From positions 22,444,001 to 22,508,000 of the forward strand of contig NC_092674.1 in the NCBI RefSeq assembly GCF_964355755.1: a stretch of DNA of 64,000 nucleotides. The letters are read 5' to 3'. The stretch's first letter is position 1, and each line of letters begins with the position of its first letter. Both the position numbers and the translations under genes were made by a program. This DNA is from Antedon mediterranea (Eukaryota > Animalia > Echinodermata). The notes beneath the pieces were generated by a model that made no database searches, was not told where the DNA came from, and saw only the letters and a list, made by a program, of their open reading frames with translations. Positions 63,949 through 64,000 of this stretch are shown in pieces.

Positions 63949-64000
63949 GTAAGTGCTGACATTTTCTCTTCAATCTATATCAAAACTCAAACATTTAAAT

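Overview
AT-rich eukaryotic (animal, probably invertebrate deuterostome; inference only) genomic DNA with spliceosomal introns. About 50 kb (50899 down past position 422) is one minus-strand gene with about 61 traceable GT-AG exons. It encodes an FCGBP/zonadhesin/alpha-tectorin-like secreted protein made of eight tandem 8-exon units (VWD in 4 exons, C8, TIL, VWC/E-like, EGF); neither end of the gene is resolved. Inside unit 4 a frame-symmetric 1191-nt exon encoding a whole IgGFc-binding-type domain interrupts a C8 domain. A 101-bp minisatellite has multiplied one splice donor nine times, and cysteine pairs are lost in perfect covariation across units. On the plus strand (57879-59283) one large exon encodes a two-Ig-domain transmembrane receptor with a tyrosine-motif-rich tail; a probable 8-nt start exon lies at 55922 and a paralogous one at 63941. 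Introns carry many mobile elements: Helentron-type HINEs (one nested in another), Deu/Nin-type tRNA SINEs, several MITE families, a 3-kb foldback element holding a LINE RT fragment, and two Penelope-type minimal hammerhead ribozyme motifs. All calls are by eye; no database search was run.
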